DNA of 64,000 nt, from positions 808,001 to 872,000 of the forward strand of contig NC_045698.1 of assembly GCF_009834535.1 (NCBI RefSeq), written 5' to 3'. Positions 38,764-52,489 of the stretch are shown here, piece by piece (the first letter of the stretch is position 1; each line of letters starts with the position of its first letter). Under the pieces are notes generated by a model, which saw only the letters and a program-made list of their open reading frames with translations, was not told the DNA's origin and ran no database searches. Source of the stretch: Camelus ferus. Its lineage: Eukaryota. A program made the position numbers and the translations under genes.

Positions 38764-41319
38764 TCAGCACCCCTGCTTTTTGGAACTGGAAGAGGGAAGG
38801 GCACCGGGGTCTTTGAAGGAAAGGAGCTGCAGAACCAGGGGACGCTGCTCCGTGGGGCAGAGCCGCTGCTGCCTGCTGGACGGCCCAGAGCCACTTCTGG
38901 CAGGGAGGAGGCCGAGTGGACTCAGAGCAATAAAGCAGGACGCACAGTGCCTGGCTGTTCTCTAACGGTGGCAGCGGACAACACCTGCTCCCACAGCTCC
39001 AGCTGCGTCAGGGGGGATCCCACAGACTCAGGACGGCCCCGCTTAGGGACCCGTCTTGTGGGGGCTCCGTCACAGGGGCAGAACAGGAGGCTGTGCAGAG
39101 GGGACGGAACTCATGGCCAGAGGTGCACGCCCTGTGCCAGGCAGGGATCTGGGCACTTGTCTGCACAGGATCCTGTTAAGTCCTGGTGACCATCTGTGGG
39201 GAAGGAGGCAGCACCGTCATGTCCCCGGCACACCTGCTGCCTCTCCTTCGCAGGCAGGAGTTTTGAATCAATCGAAGGCGACTCCATGGCTGTCCTGCTG
39301 CCTCAGGGAGTGGAGGAGCCGGGCTGTGAAAGGAGTCGCTGGCAGCAACCGAGTTTGCCTGGATCCCTAGGAAGTAATTCTGGCTCCAGGGTGGGATGCT
39401 GCAGACCCAGCTTTCCAGAGCTTTCCGCCAGCTTCAGGCATTGTGGTGGCATGTAGAAGGAACTCGGGTCTTCAGAGCATCACAGTCTCGCAGCAGGGGA
39501 GGCAAGGGAGGCCATGACAGGCATGGAGAGAGGTCTGGGAGGCGCACCTGCGCACTCCAGGGTGGGCGCGCGGGAGGAGGCCACTGCGGGACACCGCTCA
39601 GCCTGCCGTGCCTGCCTGTCCTCCCCGGGGCTGCCCTCCCTGGCGTCTCCTCCAGATTTCTGGGGCGGTAGAACTCCCAGCATCTTCCTCTCCTCCCCCT
39701 AGCTCAGCGCTGGCGCTGCGCCTGCTGCCCAGTGTCCCCTCTTGTCCCACCCACCCCAGCCAGGTCTTATCACCCCGACCTTCTCTCCAGCAACGGGCTG
39801 GCACCGCCAGGTGAAGCCACACTGTCAAAAGGTGGCTGTGTGAGAGACGGACCCTCTCCATGCAATCCAGCTGCACCTCAGCCTCCTCACACACGCACCT
39901 GCCAGGGTATGCACCCACACCTGGGGGCGGACGGCCCTTTACCATCGGCCTGCGAAAGGAGCACTGCGGCCCACAGGCATCCGTGGCCTCCCAGGCCAAC
40001 AGGGCGGGGCTCCACAGAAAGCGCTCAGCTCTCCTGGTGAGGGCAGGGGGAGGGGAGGCCCAGGCACTGGTTCCACGTTCAGACATTTCAAATCCAACTG
40101 GTTCGATGCTCTTCTCCAAGACTAAAAAGCCATCTTGCTTTGAAGTTGTGTGACGTCCCACAGACAGAGGCCAGGCCTCTCCAGGTTGCTGTCAGCCCGG
40201 GAAGGGGCCACTGTGCCCCTTCGCCATGCGGGGCAGCCCCCCCCAGTCAGCAAGGACAGCAGCGGGGCAGGGACGATGCTGCCTAAGAGCAGGAGCACGG
40301 CCTGGAGGGACGGTGGGGGACAACGGGGCAGCTGGTCTGGGGCTGAAACAGGCGTTTCTGCAGCTGTAAGTGGTCTGGGGCATCCGACGGAGAGGCCCGG
40401 GCCGTGGCCAGCCTTGGGGAAGGCACAGACTCCCACTGTCGGCTGGGCTCCTTTTCCAGGTGAGTTTGTGGTTGTGCCATCCTGCATCTGGATGACGTGA
40501 GAGCACCTGAGGCACAGCCTCGCTGAACCTGCATGGCGGCCCCCTCACCCATGCACAGATGAGGGCCCCGGCACCAAGGGGTGAGGCCCCAGCCTAACCC
40601 AGAGGCAGAGAACAGCAAAGCGGACTTTGGCTCAGGGAACGCCAGATGCCGTGCTCTGCCAGGAGGGAGATGGCTGCTGTGGGGAGGGGGTGGGGGCCCT
40701 CTGCTCCGGCCATGAGAGAGCGACATCGCCGAAGACCAGAAAACTGGACAAAGCAATGAAGCGAGACAAACCAGGCGAGGGTTTTCAGACCCAGGCCTGG
40801 AGGTGACGCATGGCTAAGCCCTCCTGCCCAGCTTCCTGCCTGGAGGCCCCTCCCGATGGCCGGGCAGGGGTGCTGAGCGCGGCGCAGGGTCTTGCTGGGC
40901 GCAGGAAGCAGGGTTGGAGCCCGGGCAGCCCGAGGCGCTAGAGCGGGCCTCCCCAGGACCCCCAGACTCCCAGGAGGCCGTGCGGGTCGGCAGCGCGGCT
41001 GCAGAACAGCCCTCAGAGCTCGCGCGCCCCGGCCCTGGGAAAGCCGCACTGCAGCAGGCGAACAGACTGTCCCCAAAGCAAGGGCCACCCAGGAACCATG
41101 TCAACAAGCTTTAAAGCCAGCTTCAAAAGGATAACCCGATACAGCGAGCAAATTAACTTCCTGCCAGAACAAATCTCATGTTCTTTAAAGAAAGACAAGA
41201 AAATCTAAACACCCACAAATGTGAAACTCCTCAAGTTGAGCGTGCGGTAAAAAAATCACTAGACACAAGAAGCAGCAAGGAAAAGGGACCCACGACCAGC
41301 AGAAAGACAGTCACTGGCT

Positions 41320-42484
41320 CCCTCACACCAGATGCAAATCTGGTTCAAAACCGGTGAGAGACTAAATGCAAGGGCGCAAATGATAAACCTCCTGGAGGAA
41401 ATGGGGGAAGTCTTCATGCCTTTGGGTTTGCCAATGGGTTTTTGATATGAAGCCCAAAGCACAAAAATAGATAAATTAACTTTGTCGAAACTGAAAATTT
41501 TCCTGCGTCAAAGATGCTACTAGGAGAGTGAAAAGGCAACCAACAGAGTGGGAGAAAACACTTGCAGGCCACGCATCTGATAAGGGTTAGTATCCAGAAT
41601 ATGTAAAGAGCCCCTAAAATGCAACAACAGCAACAGGAAACCAAACCACTCAGTTTGAAAACAGGCGAAGGGCTTGAATAAACATTCCTCCGAAGAAGAC
41701 ACACAGACGGCCAGTAAACACAGACAGTGATGCGCGAGTCACTAGTCATGAGAGAAAAGCAAGTCGAAACCACAATGGGAGACAATTCCATTCTCATCAG
41801 GATGGCTACTGTTGGGAAAAAATCAGAAATCAAGGACCCAGGATGTGGACAAACTGGAGTCCTTATGCATCGCTGGTGGGAATGTACATAAAATGGTCCT
41901 GCGGAAAAGGGTATGGTGGTTTCTCAAAAAAATAAACAGAACTATCATATGACCCAGAAGTCCCACTTCTGGGTCTATCTCAAAAGAACTGGAAGGAGGG
42001 ACTCATGCACCCATGTTCACAGCAGCGCTATTCACAGTAGCCAAAGGGTGGAAGCAACCCCAGTGTCCACTGGTGGATGATGGATGAACTCAGCGTGGTC
42101 CATACACACAGCAGCATGTGATTCAGCTTTAAAGGAGTGGATTCCTGACACCTGCTACAACATGGATGAACTTTGACAACATTATGCTCAGTAAGAGAAG
42201 CAAGATACGAAGGACAAATACTGTATGAGTCCACCTATCCGAGGTCCCCAGGGCCACCAGATTCACAGAGACACAACGTACAGTGTGGGTGCTGGGGGTC
42301 GGGGAGGGAGACGGGGAGTTAGCGTTTAATGGGTTGAGTTCAGTTTCAGGGGATGAAGTTCTGGAGGCAGATGATGGTGACGGTTGCACAACCGTGTGAC
42401 TATTTTTAATACCACTGAATTGTACATTTAAAAATGGTTAAAATGGTAAATTCCATGGGATGAATGTTACTACAATTTTAAAAA
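41320..42484 (+). mobile_element. L1MB-like element (ORF2 3' end and 3' UTR) in intron 4
   Basis: gcacccatgttcacagcagcgctattcacagtagccaaagggtggaagcaaccc...taccactgaattgtacatttaaaaatggttaaaatggtaaatt. Confidence 0.88.
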
Positions 42485-42489
42485 TGCCC

Positions 42490-44260
42490 CCTAAAGAAGG
42501 CAACATGCTTTTCAGAAAAACTAAGGCTACAAGAGTTCATTGCCAGCACGACTACCCTGTAAGGAGTCTACACTGCAAGAAACGTCAAAGGGAGTTCTTC
42601 AGATGGAAGGAAGCGATGCCAGGTGGGAACCTGGATCTGCATCAGGGGAGAGGGGTCCCGGAAGCGCTGACTACGTGCATAGATAGAAAAGATCTTTTTC
42701 GGTTTTCAATTTATTTAAAATGTTTAAAGCAAAGATAGTAACAACATATGGAGTTTATAACATATAGAAACAAACCCTATGACAACAGTTGCACAAAGGA
42801 CATGAGAGAAAAATGGAAACACATCGTTGTGAGGGCCTTACATCATACGTGAAGCCGTGTGATGTCATCCGAAGGCGGACTGTGGTGACTGAAAGCTGTA
42901 CCCTGCAGACCCTAGCGTAGCCACCAGGAAAGTAGAACAGAGAGCTACAGCTTATTAGCAAACGGTGCAGATGAAGCGGAAGCCAGAAATTAATTCGAAA
43001 GAAGAAGTAAACAGAGGAAACAACAATAAACAGTGAAGAGATGGGACAAATTGGACAAAAAATAGCAAGATGAGAGACTTAACCCCAACCATACTGACAG
43101 TTACTGACTGGACACTGGAACTAACGGACAGAGATCGTCACAGTGAACTAACAGCCAAGAGCCAACTCTCTGCTGTTTACGTGAAGCCCTCTCTAAATAT
43201 GACACGTACGGTGGGATTTAACAGGATAGAAGAAGAAATCTCATGTGAACACTACTCACAGGAAAGCTGGGGTGCTCATAAGAGCACCAGGAAAAGCTGA
43301 CATCAGCAGGGTGAGTATCACCAAGAGGGACACTTCATAAGGGAGCGGAGTCGATTAAAAGGCTTGATGTTACCTATTCTGGAGGTTCCTGTCTTTTCAT
43401 AGCGTATTTATTTTTTCACTTAATAGAGGGTTTCACTCTTTATTCATGACCAAGGTGGCCCTGTTCCGGTACCAATGTCTGGTCCACCAATTACGTCCTG
43501 GAAAATTCTTAAAGGTACTAATAGCTAGGGAGCACTCTTCATCACCTTTAAGTAACTCAGTATAGTCTCGGTTCATACATTTGAAACAAAATCAAACTCA
43601 ATAATGATCACTTTTATAGGCTTATAATTTCCATTAAACTTTCAGAAATATTAAAAGCAAAACCAAGAAAGCAGAACAAAAATAAAAGACTTGATATTCA
43701 CAAACATCCATGTCCTTCAGAAAGAGAGCTTCAAAATACATGAATGAAGCAAAAACGGATAGAACTGTAAAGAGAAGCAGGCAAATCCATGAGAGATTAT
43801 GGCTGAGATTTCTGACCCCTCCCTCAGTAACTGGCGGAGCAAACAGGCAGCGAGGCTGTGGGAGGCCCGGGCAGACCGGAGCCAGCACGACCGGGCTGGA
43901 CACACGTTCTTCTTAAGGGCATGTGGAACATGCGCCAGGATAAACCACATCCTGGGTGACAAGTCTCAGTGTATTTTGAAACAATGGAGCTTTATAAACA
44001 TATTATCTCACCGAGTCAGAATTAAATCAGAAATCAGTAACAGAAATATGTCTAGAAAACCTCTAAACATTTCAAAATCAAACGACAAACTTTTAAAATG
44101 TCCTGTAAGTCAAAGAAGAAGTCACAAGGCAGATCAGGGGGTACTTTAAACTGATGACAGTGAGACCCCACTGTGCCCAACATGCAGGAGGCAGCTAAAG
44201 CCGCCTCTTGGAGGCAAATCTGTAGCTTTAAATACATAGCTTTCTAGTTTATATTAGAAA
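42490..44260 (+). mobile_element. Older L1M fragments (inter-ORF / ORF2 endonuclease region)
   Basis: aagagggacacttcataa...agagcttcaaaatacatg...ccaggataaaccacatcctggg...aattaaatcagaaatcagtaacagaaa; interrupted at 43372-43683. Confidence 0.78.
43372..43683 (+). pseudogene. Probable 5'-truncated retrocopy (mRNA 3' UTR-like) of unknown parent
   Basis: Flanked by AAAAGgCTTGATgTT (43357-43371) and AAAAGaCTTGATaTT (43684-43698). ATTAAA at 43633-43638 precedes a decayed A-tail at 43653-43682. Confidence 0.6.
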
Positions 44261-46658
44261 GAAGGTGAAGGAGGCTTTAATAAGTATTTATGGAACTGAG
44301 GGAAATCTAAGGCTGGTTGGTGTTACGGGGGCCTATCTGGGGGTTTCCAAAGCCACACACGCTTTGCAGGACGTGCAGCTTTCCTACTTCAATGGTCACA
44401 GCTACCTTGGCCTTTGTGGCATTTCGTGGTGGGACGTGCCTTCAGAAACATGCAATGCTTCTCACGATGACCCACTTTATAAAGTGAGTTTCAATTCCAG
44501 AGAACCCTTGCAGGCCTGACAGTCACTGGGGCCTGTCTCGGGGCAACGCAGTCAGCACCGTTAGTGAAGTCACCCGGGGAATCCTCAGCACAGTTTAGTA
44601 ACTCACCGTGTTGTTAGTGATCGATGACTTCGCCACAGACCTTCCACGGCCCCGCCTTTGCCCCGGGGTCACCTCCAGCCTCGGAGGGTCACCTGCCACT
44701 GTGACAGCCCTTCCCGGGGAGGGTCCTCCCTTCCAGGCTGGGAGCTTCCAGACGGACTCCACTGGTCTGCTCTTTTTTTCCTTTCAATTCACGGGTCGCA
44801 TATATTCTTCCTTTCTAGCATTCTTAATAACAAATCACTAGATGGATCAGGTTTTCCTCCTATTTTTCTTACCTGAAAATCACTTGGGTAACTCGGCCCC
44901 TCCTACGTCCCCAACAGAAGACGAGTGTCCCCAGATGGCAGTGTTACTGGCACCTCTGACATCTCAGAAAGCTTCTAAGTGTTCTAAATGGCACCTAAAT
45001 CCATCTCAAAATTTGAAAAGACACACTAGCTCAACAATCTAGCCAGTTTTGTGGGTGAAATGATAAATTAAAGCCGGCTCTAGCGGGAGCTGAGACCACG
45101 TCTGCGCCTCGGCTTCCTGGTGCAGGGGCTCCCCCGCCCCTGCCGGCCTCTTCTCTCCGTCACTCGTGAACCCCGAGCTGGGCCACGTGGCGAGAATGCG
45201 AGCAGCCCTGGCCTCGACCTGTTCACGAGTCGCTATGAAATTTGGGAAACACAGTAGCGGACCAGCCCGCGGCGAGCTCCTGAGAACTGCAAACCTGACT
45301 CCGACCAATACTCTGCTGCCCTTTTCTGGACAGATCTACCATTCCCTGTCTGCTTGTCACACACGCCCAGGTAGCCGCACTGCGTCTCCCCTTCTCGTGG
45401 GTCTGCCCACCTGCGGCTCTTGGAGGCAGATCTAAGGGGGCCGATCCCAGGGGCCGTTCCCGGGGGCCTCCTGTCTCCAGCCCATCTTGGGAACCAGCTC
45501 GCCCCTCCTGAGAGCTCTGGAGGCCAAGGCCCAGCCTCGGCTTTGGAGCCTCCCTTCTCCCGCCCGGCAGGCGGGCTCGCAGTGGCCCCACCTCCCCATC
45601 ACGGAACTTCACTCCCTCCCCTCCGCACACTCCTTCTGTCTCCAATCCCAAACCACAGGAGCATGAGCAGGCCCCTTCACACACACCCCTCGCCCCCGAC
45701 CACGCTGTCCCCAACAACGCCTGAGCAAGGATCCCAGAGCACAGGGCTCAGGCTCTGCCTGTCTGCCACGCGTCACAGCCGGAGGCTCCAGTCCGCGGGT
45801 CCGCGAGCCCTGCCCTTCTGGCTGCTCCTGCGTCCAGGCGACGAATCCTCCTGGGGCCCGGAGGCTCTGCTCTCCTCTCCTGCACGTCTGAGGGGCCTCA
45901 CCCATCTAGACGGGGCCCCAGGAGCGGGCGGCCCCTTCCCCGCAGGGAAGGCCAGGGTCCACCCTCTGCTCAGCGAGGCCGGGCGGGTGGCTCTGCTCAG
46001 CCCCGGGGCCCGGCCCTCCCACCGTGACGGACTTCAGCGCTTCCGCAGCGAGGCCTCCTCACCTTCAGTCTCAGGGTTTTCTAACTCAAAACGAGTTTTG
46101 CGGTTCCCACTTGCTGTTAAAACCTGAATCACTTGATTTTTATTGGTTGAGATTCCTTTTTCTGAATTGTAAGTGGCATCATTTTTACCTGTAAACACGA
46201 GCAGACTGCACCTAACTACGCAGGAGGACTTCAGCCCCAAGGAGGAACACCAGTCAGCGCGAACTTTGAAGCTGGTGGGAGGCGCTCTGGATATTCCTTA
46301 AGAGGAGCTGCTTCAGTCAGGACGTCAGGACACTGGGGGTGGGGTGGGGGGGGAGCGGGTCTGGGGGAGGGGTCCTCGCAGAGCCTGCCCCGCCCCCTCG
46401 CGGCGGCTGCCACTGGCCCTGCACATTCGTGGACCTGGGTGTCTGCGTGACAGCAGGGTGTCCTCAGCTCAGGGACACCCCTTCAGGATCACGTCACAGA
46501 GGGGGCCACCCAGTGACAGAGCCTGGCTCCTCTGGGCAACCGTCTCTCCCAAACCTGCCTGGATTCCGGGCGGGCGCTGACCTGGGGCCGCCGCGGCGCC
46601 TGCCCGGCCTCCGCCCTCCCCAGGGCGGACCCGGCAGGACCCGCAGGGCCCCACTCAC

Positions 46659-46878
46659 TCGAAGTACTCGGCGGCCGGCGTGGTCCTGAAGGAGTCGTTG
46701 GGGCCGGGGCCGGAGCCGCGGGCGTCGGAGCAGTTGGGGCTGTTCCAGGAGTTGTTGCAGCCGGTCCAGGGCAGCTCGGCGCTGAAGGAGGAGAAGAGGT
46801 AGTGCAGCGCCCAGGCGATGATGACGTTGTAGAAGAAGCCCACGTAGAGCGAGATGAGGATGACCGTGTAGCCCACGC
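46659..46878 (-). CDS. SLC6A3: DAT exon 4 (TM3, EL2)
   Basis: [74 protein letters not shown]; cag|...|gtgagt; 220 nt. Confidence 0.98.
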
Positions 46879-46999
46879 CTGCGGGACGCAGCGCCGTCAG
46901 CCCCCGCCTCCCCACCCCAGCAGCCCCAAAGCCGCCAGCGCCTTCAGACGCTCGGGAAGACGAGCGGAAGGGGGGGTGCAATCGCGCCATCTAGGCCGT

Positions 47000-47680
47000 C
47001 CACGTCTACCAGACACACAGGGGCACCCAGGACCCCCTGGCACAGCCAGGTCACTGCAGACACACAGGTAGCTAAGGCCCGCCCGTGGCTAGCCACGCCC
47101 CTCACAGCCACTCATGCAGGCTCACTTATGGTCACCTAGGGCCACTCTGGGCCACTCTGGGCCACCCAGGGCCACCCAACCCAGGGCCGCTGGCCATACA
47201 AAACCATCAGAATCACCCACAGCCACCCAATGTTACAGAACACCACCAAGAGTCAACAAAGGCCACCCCCAACCATTCAGGGCCCCCCAGGGACCTCCAG
47301 GGCTGCCCTTGCCAACAGAGCCAGAGGGCCCTCCAGGGTCACCCAGGAACATCCAGGGTCGCCCATGGCCATCCAGGCCACCAAGAGTCACTGAAGGACA
47401 ACAAGGGTCTTCCACAGCCAATCACAGCCATCCAGGCTCATCCAGGACCATCGAGGGCATCCGAGACCGTCCATGCCTACCTGGGCTTCCCAGGGCCATC
47501 CAGGTCATTCATGTTCAGCCATGGCCAGTCACGCCCCCTCAAGACTACTCAGGGCAGAGTCATCTGGGTCCACACAGCTACAGAGCCACCTAATGCCACC
47601 CAGGGCCGTGCATGACCATCCAGGGCCGCCAGTGTCATTCATATATGACCCTCCAGGGTCTCTTATGGTCACCAGGGCCT
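47000..47680. repeat. Degenerate short-period (~10 bp; cacccaggg/catccaggg-like) repeat in intron 3
   Basis: Recurrent ccaggg(c/t)cac and catccagg motifs across ~680 bp, with low CpG. Confidence 0.65.
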
Positions 47681-49709
47681 TTCAGTGTGACTTTTCTGGA
47701 TCACAACACCTGGAATTTGGAACAGTCACTGACTCTTGGAGCAGAGCAGAGTGGTGAGCAGTCTCTGAGCTGTGCCAGCCTGACTGTGGGGGACAGACGG
47801 TCTGGCAGTAGAAGACCTTCCGTTGGTCAGGGAGCCCCTCTCTATTCGAGGTCCTCCCTGGACAAGCACTGTCACGTTTACTTTATCCAGCCCCACGCAG
47901 AGTTCTTTTATTTCCACATCCCTTCCCAGCTCTGTGAGGAGGACTGGCTCGGGCTGCAACTCCCACGTGCCAGGCCCTGTCTTGCCTGCTGGTGGCCAGG
48001 GCGGAGCACAGCTTTTGCAGGAGTGGCCTGGCTTGCTTTTATGGGTCCAACTGATAAAACCTGAGCTATTCTCATGCTCAGGACACTTCGGTAGAGTTTG
48101 CTTTCTACCCTGAAAGCAAAAAGAGAGCACCACCATTCATCTGTGTGTGGATATTAGACACAGGAGTTTAATATCGGAGTGTGGCTGGGCTGCAAGTGAC
48201 GTGAAGGAGGAACTTGAAGGCCCGTGGCTTCCTGAGGCTGCAGTCGGGGGTGATTTACCCGAAATCCACTCACATGTCACCCCCCTTGGAAGACACGCTT
48301 GGCAGCAGTGATGGCAGGACCCACGCGCTCCCTTCGGAAGGCCCTCTCCAAGATGGAACGATCCCGCTCGCCCACTCCTGAGGAGGCGGCAGAGTCCCAG
48401 CGGGCTCGCCCGGGGGGCCGAGCCTTCGGGGCTGTTCCGAGGAGCATCACGGAGGGTTTTCCCGGCGGTGAGCTGGCTGTGGATCCGGGCTTGTGATCTT
48501 TGGAAGGTGAAAACTCTGCACAGCAAACCCTCAGCTCGAAACTCTGGGAATTCAGAGGGGCTTTTGCTCAAACACTAGGCAGACCCAAGACCGGTGTCCG
48601 AAGGGAGGGCTGATCCTTTGGAACCGGCACCACGTGCACAGCCCTCCACCTGGGCAGGCCAGGCTTCTCGACCTTCACAACAGCGACAAGGGCACCACGG
48701 GCTGACGGGGCTCCCAGAGCCTGAGGACTTGCCCCACCAGCAGCACCGCACAGCCCCAGAGGCCCCCCCGCCAAAGGCACAGCCTCCTTGCGCCGTGGTC
48801 CAGCTGCCCCAAGGGACCTGGGGGCGGGCCGACTCCCCAGGACAGCGGCTGCTGGTGTCGGCCACTCGTCTGGTCACCGGAGTTCTGTCCTCTAGGACCA
48901 CAGAGCCTCAGGAAGCCACGGGCCTTCAAGTTCCTCCTTCACGTCACTTGCAGCCCAGCCACACGAAATGCATGGTCCTGTTTGCTCTGAGAATGTTCCT
49001 GTGACCGCTGTTCACGTGTCACCACATCCTCTAATAAAGTACCATCTGATGCGTTTCTTCCACTGTCTTCCACGGGAACTTCTTTCCCAAGAAGGTGCAG
49101 GTCAGTCCCCTCTAACTTTTCCAGTGAAAATACTGATGAAAACTTGACCTGCTCCTCTTTTGTCTGACGCGCAGGAAGCCGAGGCTCAGTGCGAGTCTCA
49201 ACCACAACACTTAACGTCAGTTTTCTTACATTTCCATTTTTTAAGCATCTTTATATCAACTTGTGTGCATTCTATTTTATCTTAGGCCTCTTTAAATTAT
49301 TTTTAGAAGGAGAGGAAGTTTGGTAAATCATCAATATCACTGACTACAAAATATAATGAATTATTCTGTATTTGATAAAATGGACCGGTGATGCTGCCAC
49401 ACTGTACACACAAAGGTGGCGCCTGCGGCGGTGACCCTGACAACCTGAGGTGCATTCTCGGACCTCAGCGGAGCACCACAGTCCCCCTCCTCCACCACGA
49501 GAGCCAGGTCACTCCAGTGTCCCCAGCGCTGGCTTCAGGAGGAAGAGGGTGTCACAGACAAGCAGTACTCCCAGGACACCAGCTGGAGAACGCATCCCTG
49601 ACCAAGCAGGTGACCTATTCCTGGTGAGTCACCACGGGTCTCCGAGAAAACAGGAGAGAATTCCTCCCCCGGTGGTCCGAGTGTCTTTAGTGTCTGCTTG
49701 GGGGGGGGG

Positions 49710-49810
49710 GTGCATGCATGTGCACACGTGAATGTGTATGTAAGTGTGTGTGCACTTGTGTATGTGTGTATGAGAGTGCACACTTGTGCACGCATGTGTG
49801 TGCACGCGCA
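49710..49810. repeat. Degenerate (TG)n tract after G-run
   Basis: tgcatgcatgtgcacacgtg...tgtgtgtgcacgcgca. Confidence 0.8.
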
Positions 49811-52489
49811 CCAGAGAGAGAGGTGGGGGGGCGGGGAGGGACAGAGAATGACGGGGCCTGGGGGGGGGGAGGCAGATGCAGACAGAGACGAGGGGCGGGG
49901 GAGAGGGCTCTGAGAGCCCTCCTCCCAGGCCCTGTGATGACAGTGGGTGCCGAGGGCCACCTGGGGCCTCTGCAGCTGCGTGCCCACCTGGGGGGCTCTG
50001 GAGAGACTGTGCAGGGGACTGTGGATGACGTCTGGCCCCCGAAGGCCCTCACCCTGACCATGGACTTCACAGTCTGGCTTTCTCAGGTGGATCTCAGTGC
50101 AGTCAGGCACACGGAGGGGCTCCCAGGTCCAAGGGAGGGAAGGACGGGGGAGCGGGCTCCCTGGAGAGCTGGGCTCTGCTCCCACAGAGGGGACTTTACA
50201 GGGGCCCAGACGCACCGACCACCCACTGGAGGACTGGACCACCTCTTAGCTCCACAGAGACCATGAAGGACTTTGTAACTGATGTCTTCATTTACCACGT
50301 GTCCCCTAGTCAATGACAGGCGAAAGCACCTGCAATGTTACTGAGTTTTTAAAAAGAGAAAGAAGGAAAGGCAGGCATGTGTATCAGGGTTTCCCGAACA
50401 GCGAGGTTTGGCCTCACCAAATGCAAGGGGCAACACCAGCATCCTATCAAGCAGGCGTCCTCTTACCCAGTGGGTGAAACTCGCCCTGAGCAGGCAGGGA
50501 GTCCCCTGCCAGGAGCCGCCGCTTTGCGAGTGTTGAACTAGTTGAGATGTCTGCTCTTCACAAGCAAAAGTCCTTGCGCGGATTCCCCGGCCCCCACCGG
50601 ACACCGCCCTGTGCTGGTTACGCAGAGCTCAGGCTCCACAGTCGACCTGCAGTGATTTGTGATTTCTCTTGATTCCTGCTTACGAGACAGGGTGATCAGG
50701 CTCTGGCCGAGGCTCTGGCCGAGACTCTGCCCACGGGGGCCACACGGCACTGCTTCTGCAGCCTCCCTTGGCCATGCACATCCCTCCACATGGATGAGTT
50801 TCCAGACCTGGATGAGACCAACCTGGGATGCAGGAGCCTGAATCTAGGGCTGCGACGTGGAGCACATGGTGGAACCTGTCCTCATCTGCCCGGCTCTCCA
50901 GGCGCTGCTGCTGCGCTGCTGGGCGAGCTGGCTGCCCCACATCTACTCTCGGGACTGATCCGTGGGCAGGGCTGACCGTCATACCCACTGGAGGCAGGTT
51001 TTCCGTAGCAGCCACGTTCATCAGGATTAACTAGTCCTCCGAGATCCTTGGAAATCACTTACCGACGTTTTATAAGCTGGCAGCTTTGTTACGGAAAATT
51101 CCTTCTGTGGCAGGACGTACAGCCAGAAATTTACTTCCCTCTGCTGGCCCACAGCCCCGGGGTGGGCGCCCTTTTACTCCCTGAGTCCCTGGCCCGAGCT
51201 CTGCCCGCCTGGATGCTTGGGAACAAGGTGGCTTTACTTGGGTTGAGCTTTGGACTCCCTCGTGGGAGGCGGGGGCACAGGGTTACGTCACACCTCACAG
51301 CACACTCCAGACTCGAGGGGGTGGCGCTCAGAAATCCGGAGATGAGGACACGGTTTGACACACAGCCTGCATCCTTCCTCAGCAGCCCCCAGGATGGCCG
51401 CTCAAGGGGGCGCCACTTCATTTCCAATAGGCGCCTTGATTCTGTGTAAATACTGACCGCATTGCAGGCCCACTGTGGTGCCTGCCCGAGAGATGCTCGC
51501 TGCCCCGCGGACCTGAGAGGACAGGGTGAACTCACTGGTCCTGAAGTGTCAGTGTGGGTTCTCAGCCCTCGAGGGCAAAGCCCCCAGCCCCGCTCCCTCA
51601 GCCCGCCCTGCTCTGAAGGGATGCTGCAGTCTTCAGCTTCCCGATAGCACCAGAAACCATTCCAGGAACTTACTTGAGCTCCGACTTCTGCGTGCAAATC
51701 TGCTCAGGGGACGCCCAGCTCCAGCACCTGGACCCAGAGCTGCCTGCCTCCAGCTGAGCGGCGGGTGGGCTGGGCTGGGCTGGGCGGAGGGCTCTCTGTA
51801 GCTCCATTACTGGGGGGCCCAGAATCATTTAGCCTCGGAAAAAACTGCTCATGTCTTCAGATTCCCCAGCAGGCCATTAAGAAGGCAGAAAGCAGTGCCT
51901 GGGAGGAGCCCTCATGCCTGGCCAGGCCCAGCGCCTCCGCTGCCTTGAGGGCAATTTTCTCCTCGAGGACTGGCCCCCGCAGCTGCAAGATGCCCTCACT
52001 CTTCGGCTGCATCAGTTCCTTCTCAGGGTAAACCCGCTGACGCATCCACGGCGCGTCCATGGGGACCCACCAGGGCTTCCGTTCTCCAAACGCACCGACT
52101 TGGCAAGAACTTCTAAGGAAACCCAAAGACTGGGCTTTGCATCGCCGTTTTCTTAACGAAGCCAGCTGTCTAAGCAGGCACCTCCCTGGTCTCTTTGAGG
52201 AAATGCCTGAATCTTCCCTGGACCACCGGCTCCTGAGACTCAGGTGTGACCTGGAGGCTGGACTGGGGGTCAGAGAAGTCTGGGATTGAATCGCCCTGTC
52301 CTTGTCCAGATGATGACAGGGTGAGTTACTCCAGCCCCTGACCCCCAGCGCCTGCATCTACAGACAGCACCTGGGGCCAGGGGACCACGGACGGTCAGCA
52401 GACACCAGCTCACCACCTGGACTCAGCATGAGCTGTTTGCCTCACGCGCTGGGGCATCATGTTAGCAGCCTGGACAGCTCAGTGAATAG

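Noticed and set aside
46335..46372. G-quadruplex-forming G-run cluster
   Set aside because: Such G-run clusters are abundant throughout this GC-rich window and this one is not distinctive.
50698..50732. 12-bp repeat aggctctggccg, ~3 copies
   Set aside because: Short slippage repeat deep in intron 3 with no supporting context.
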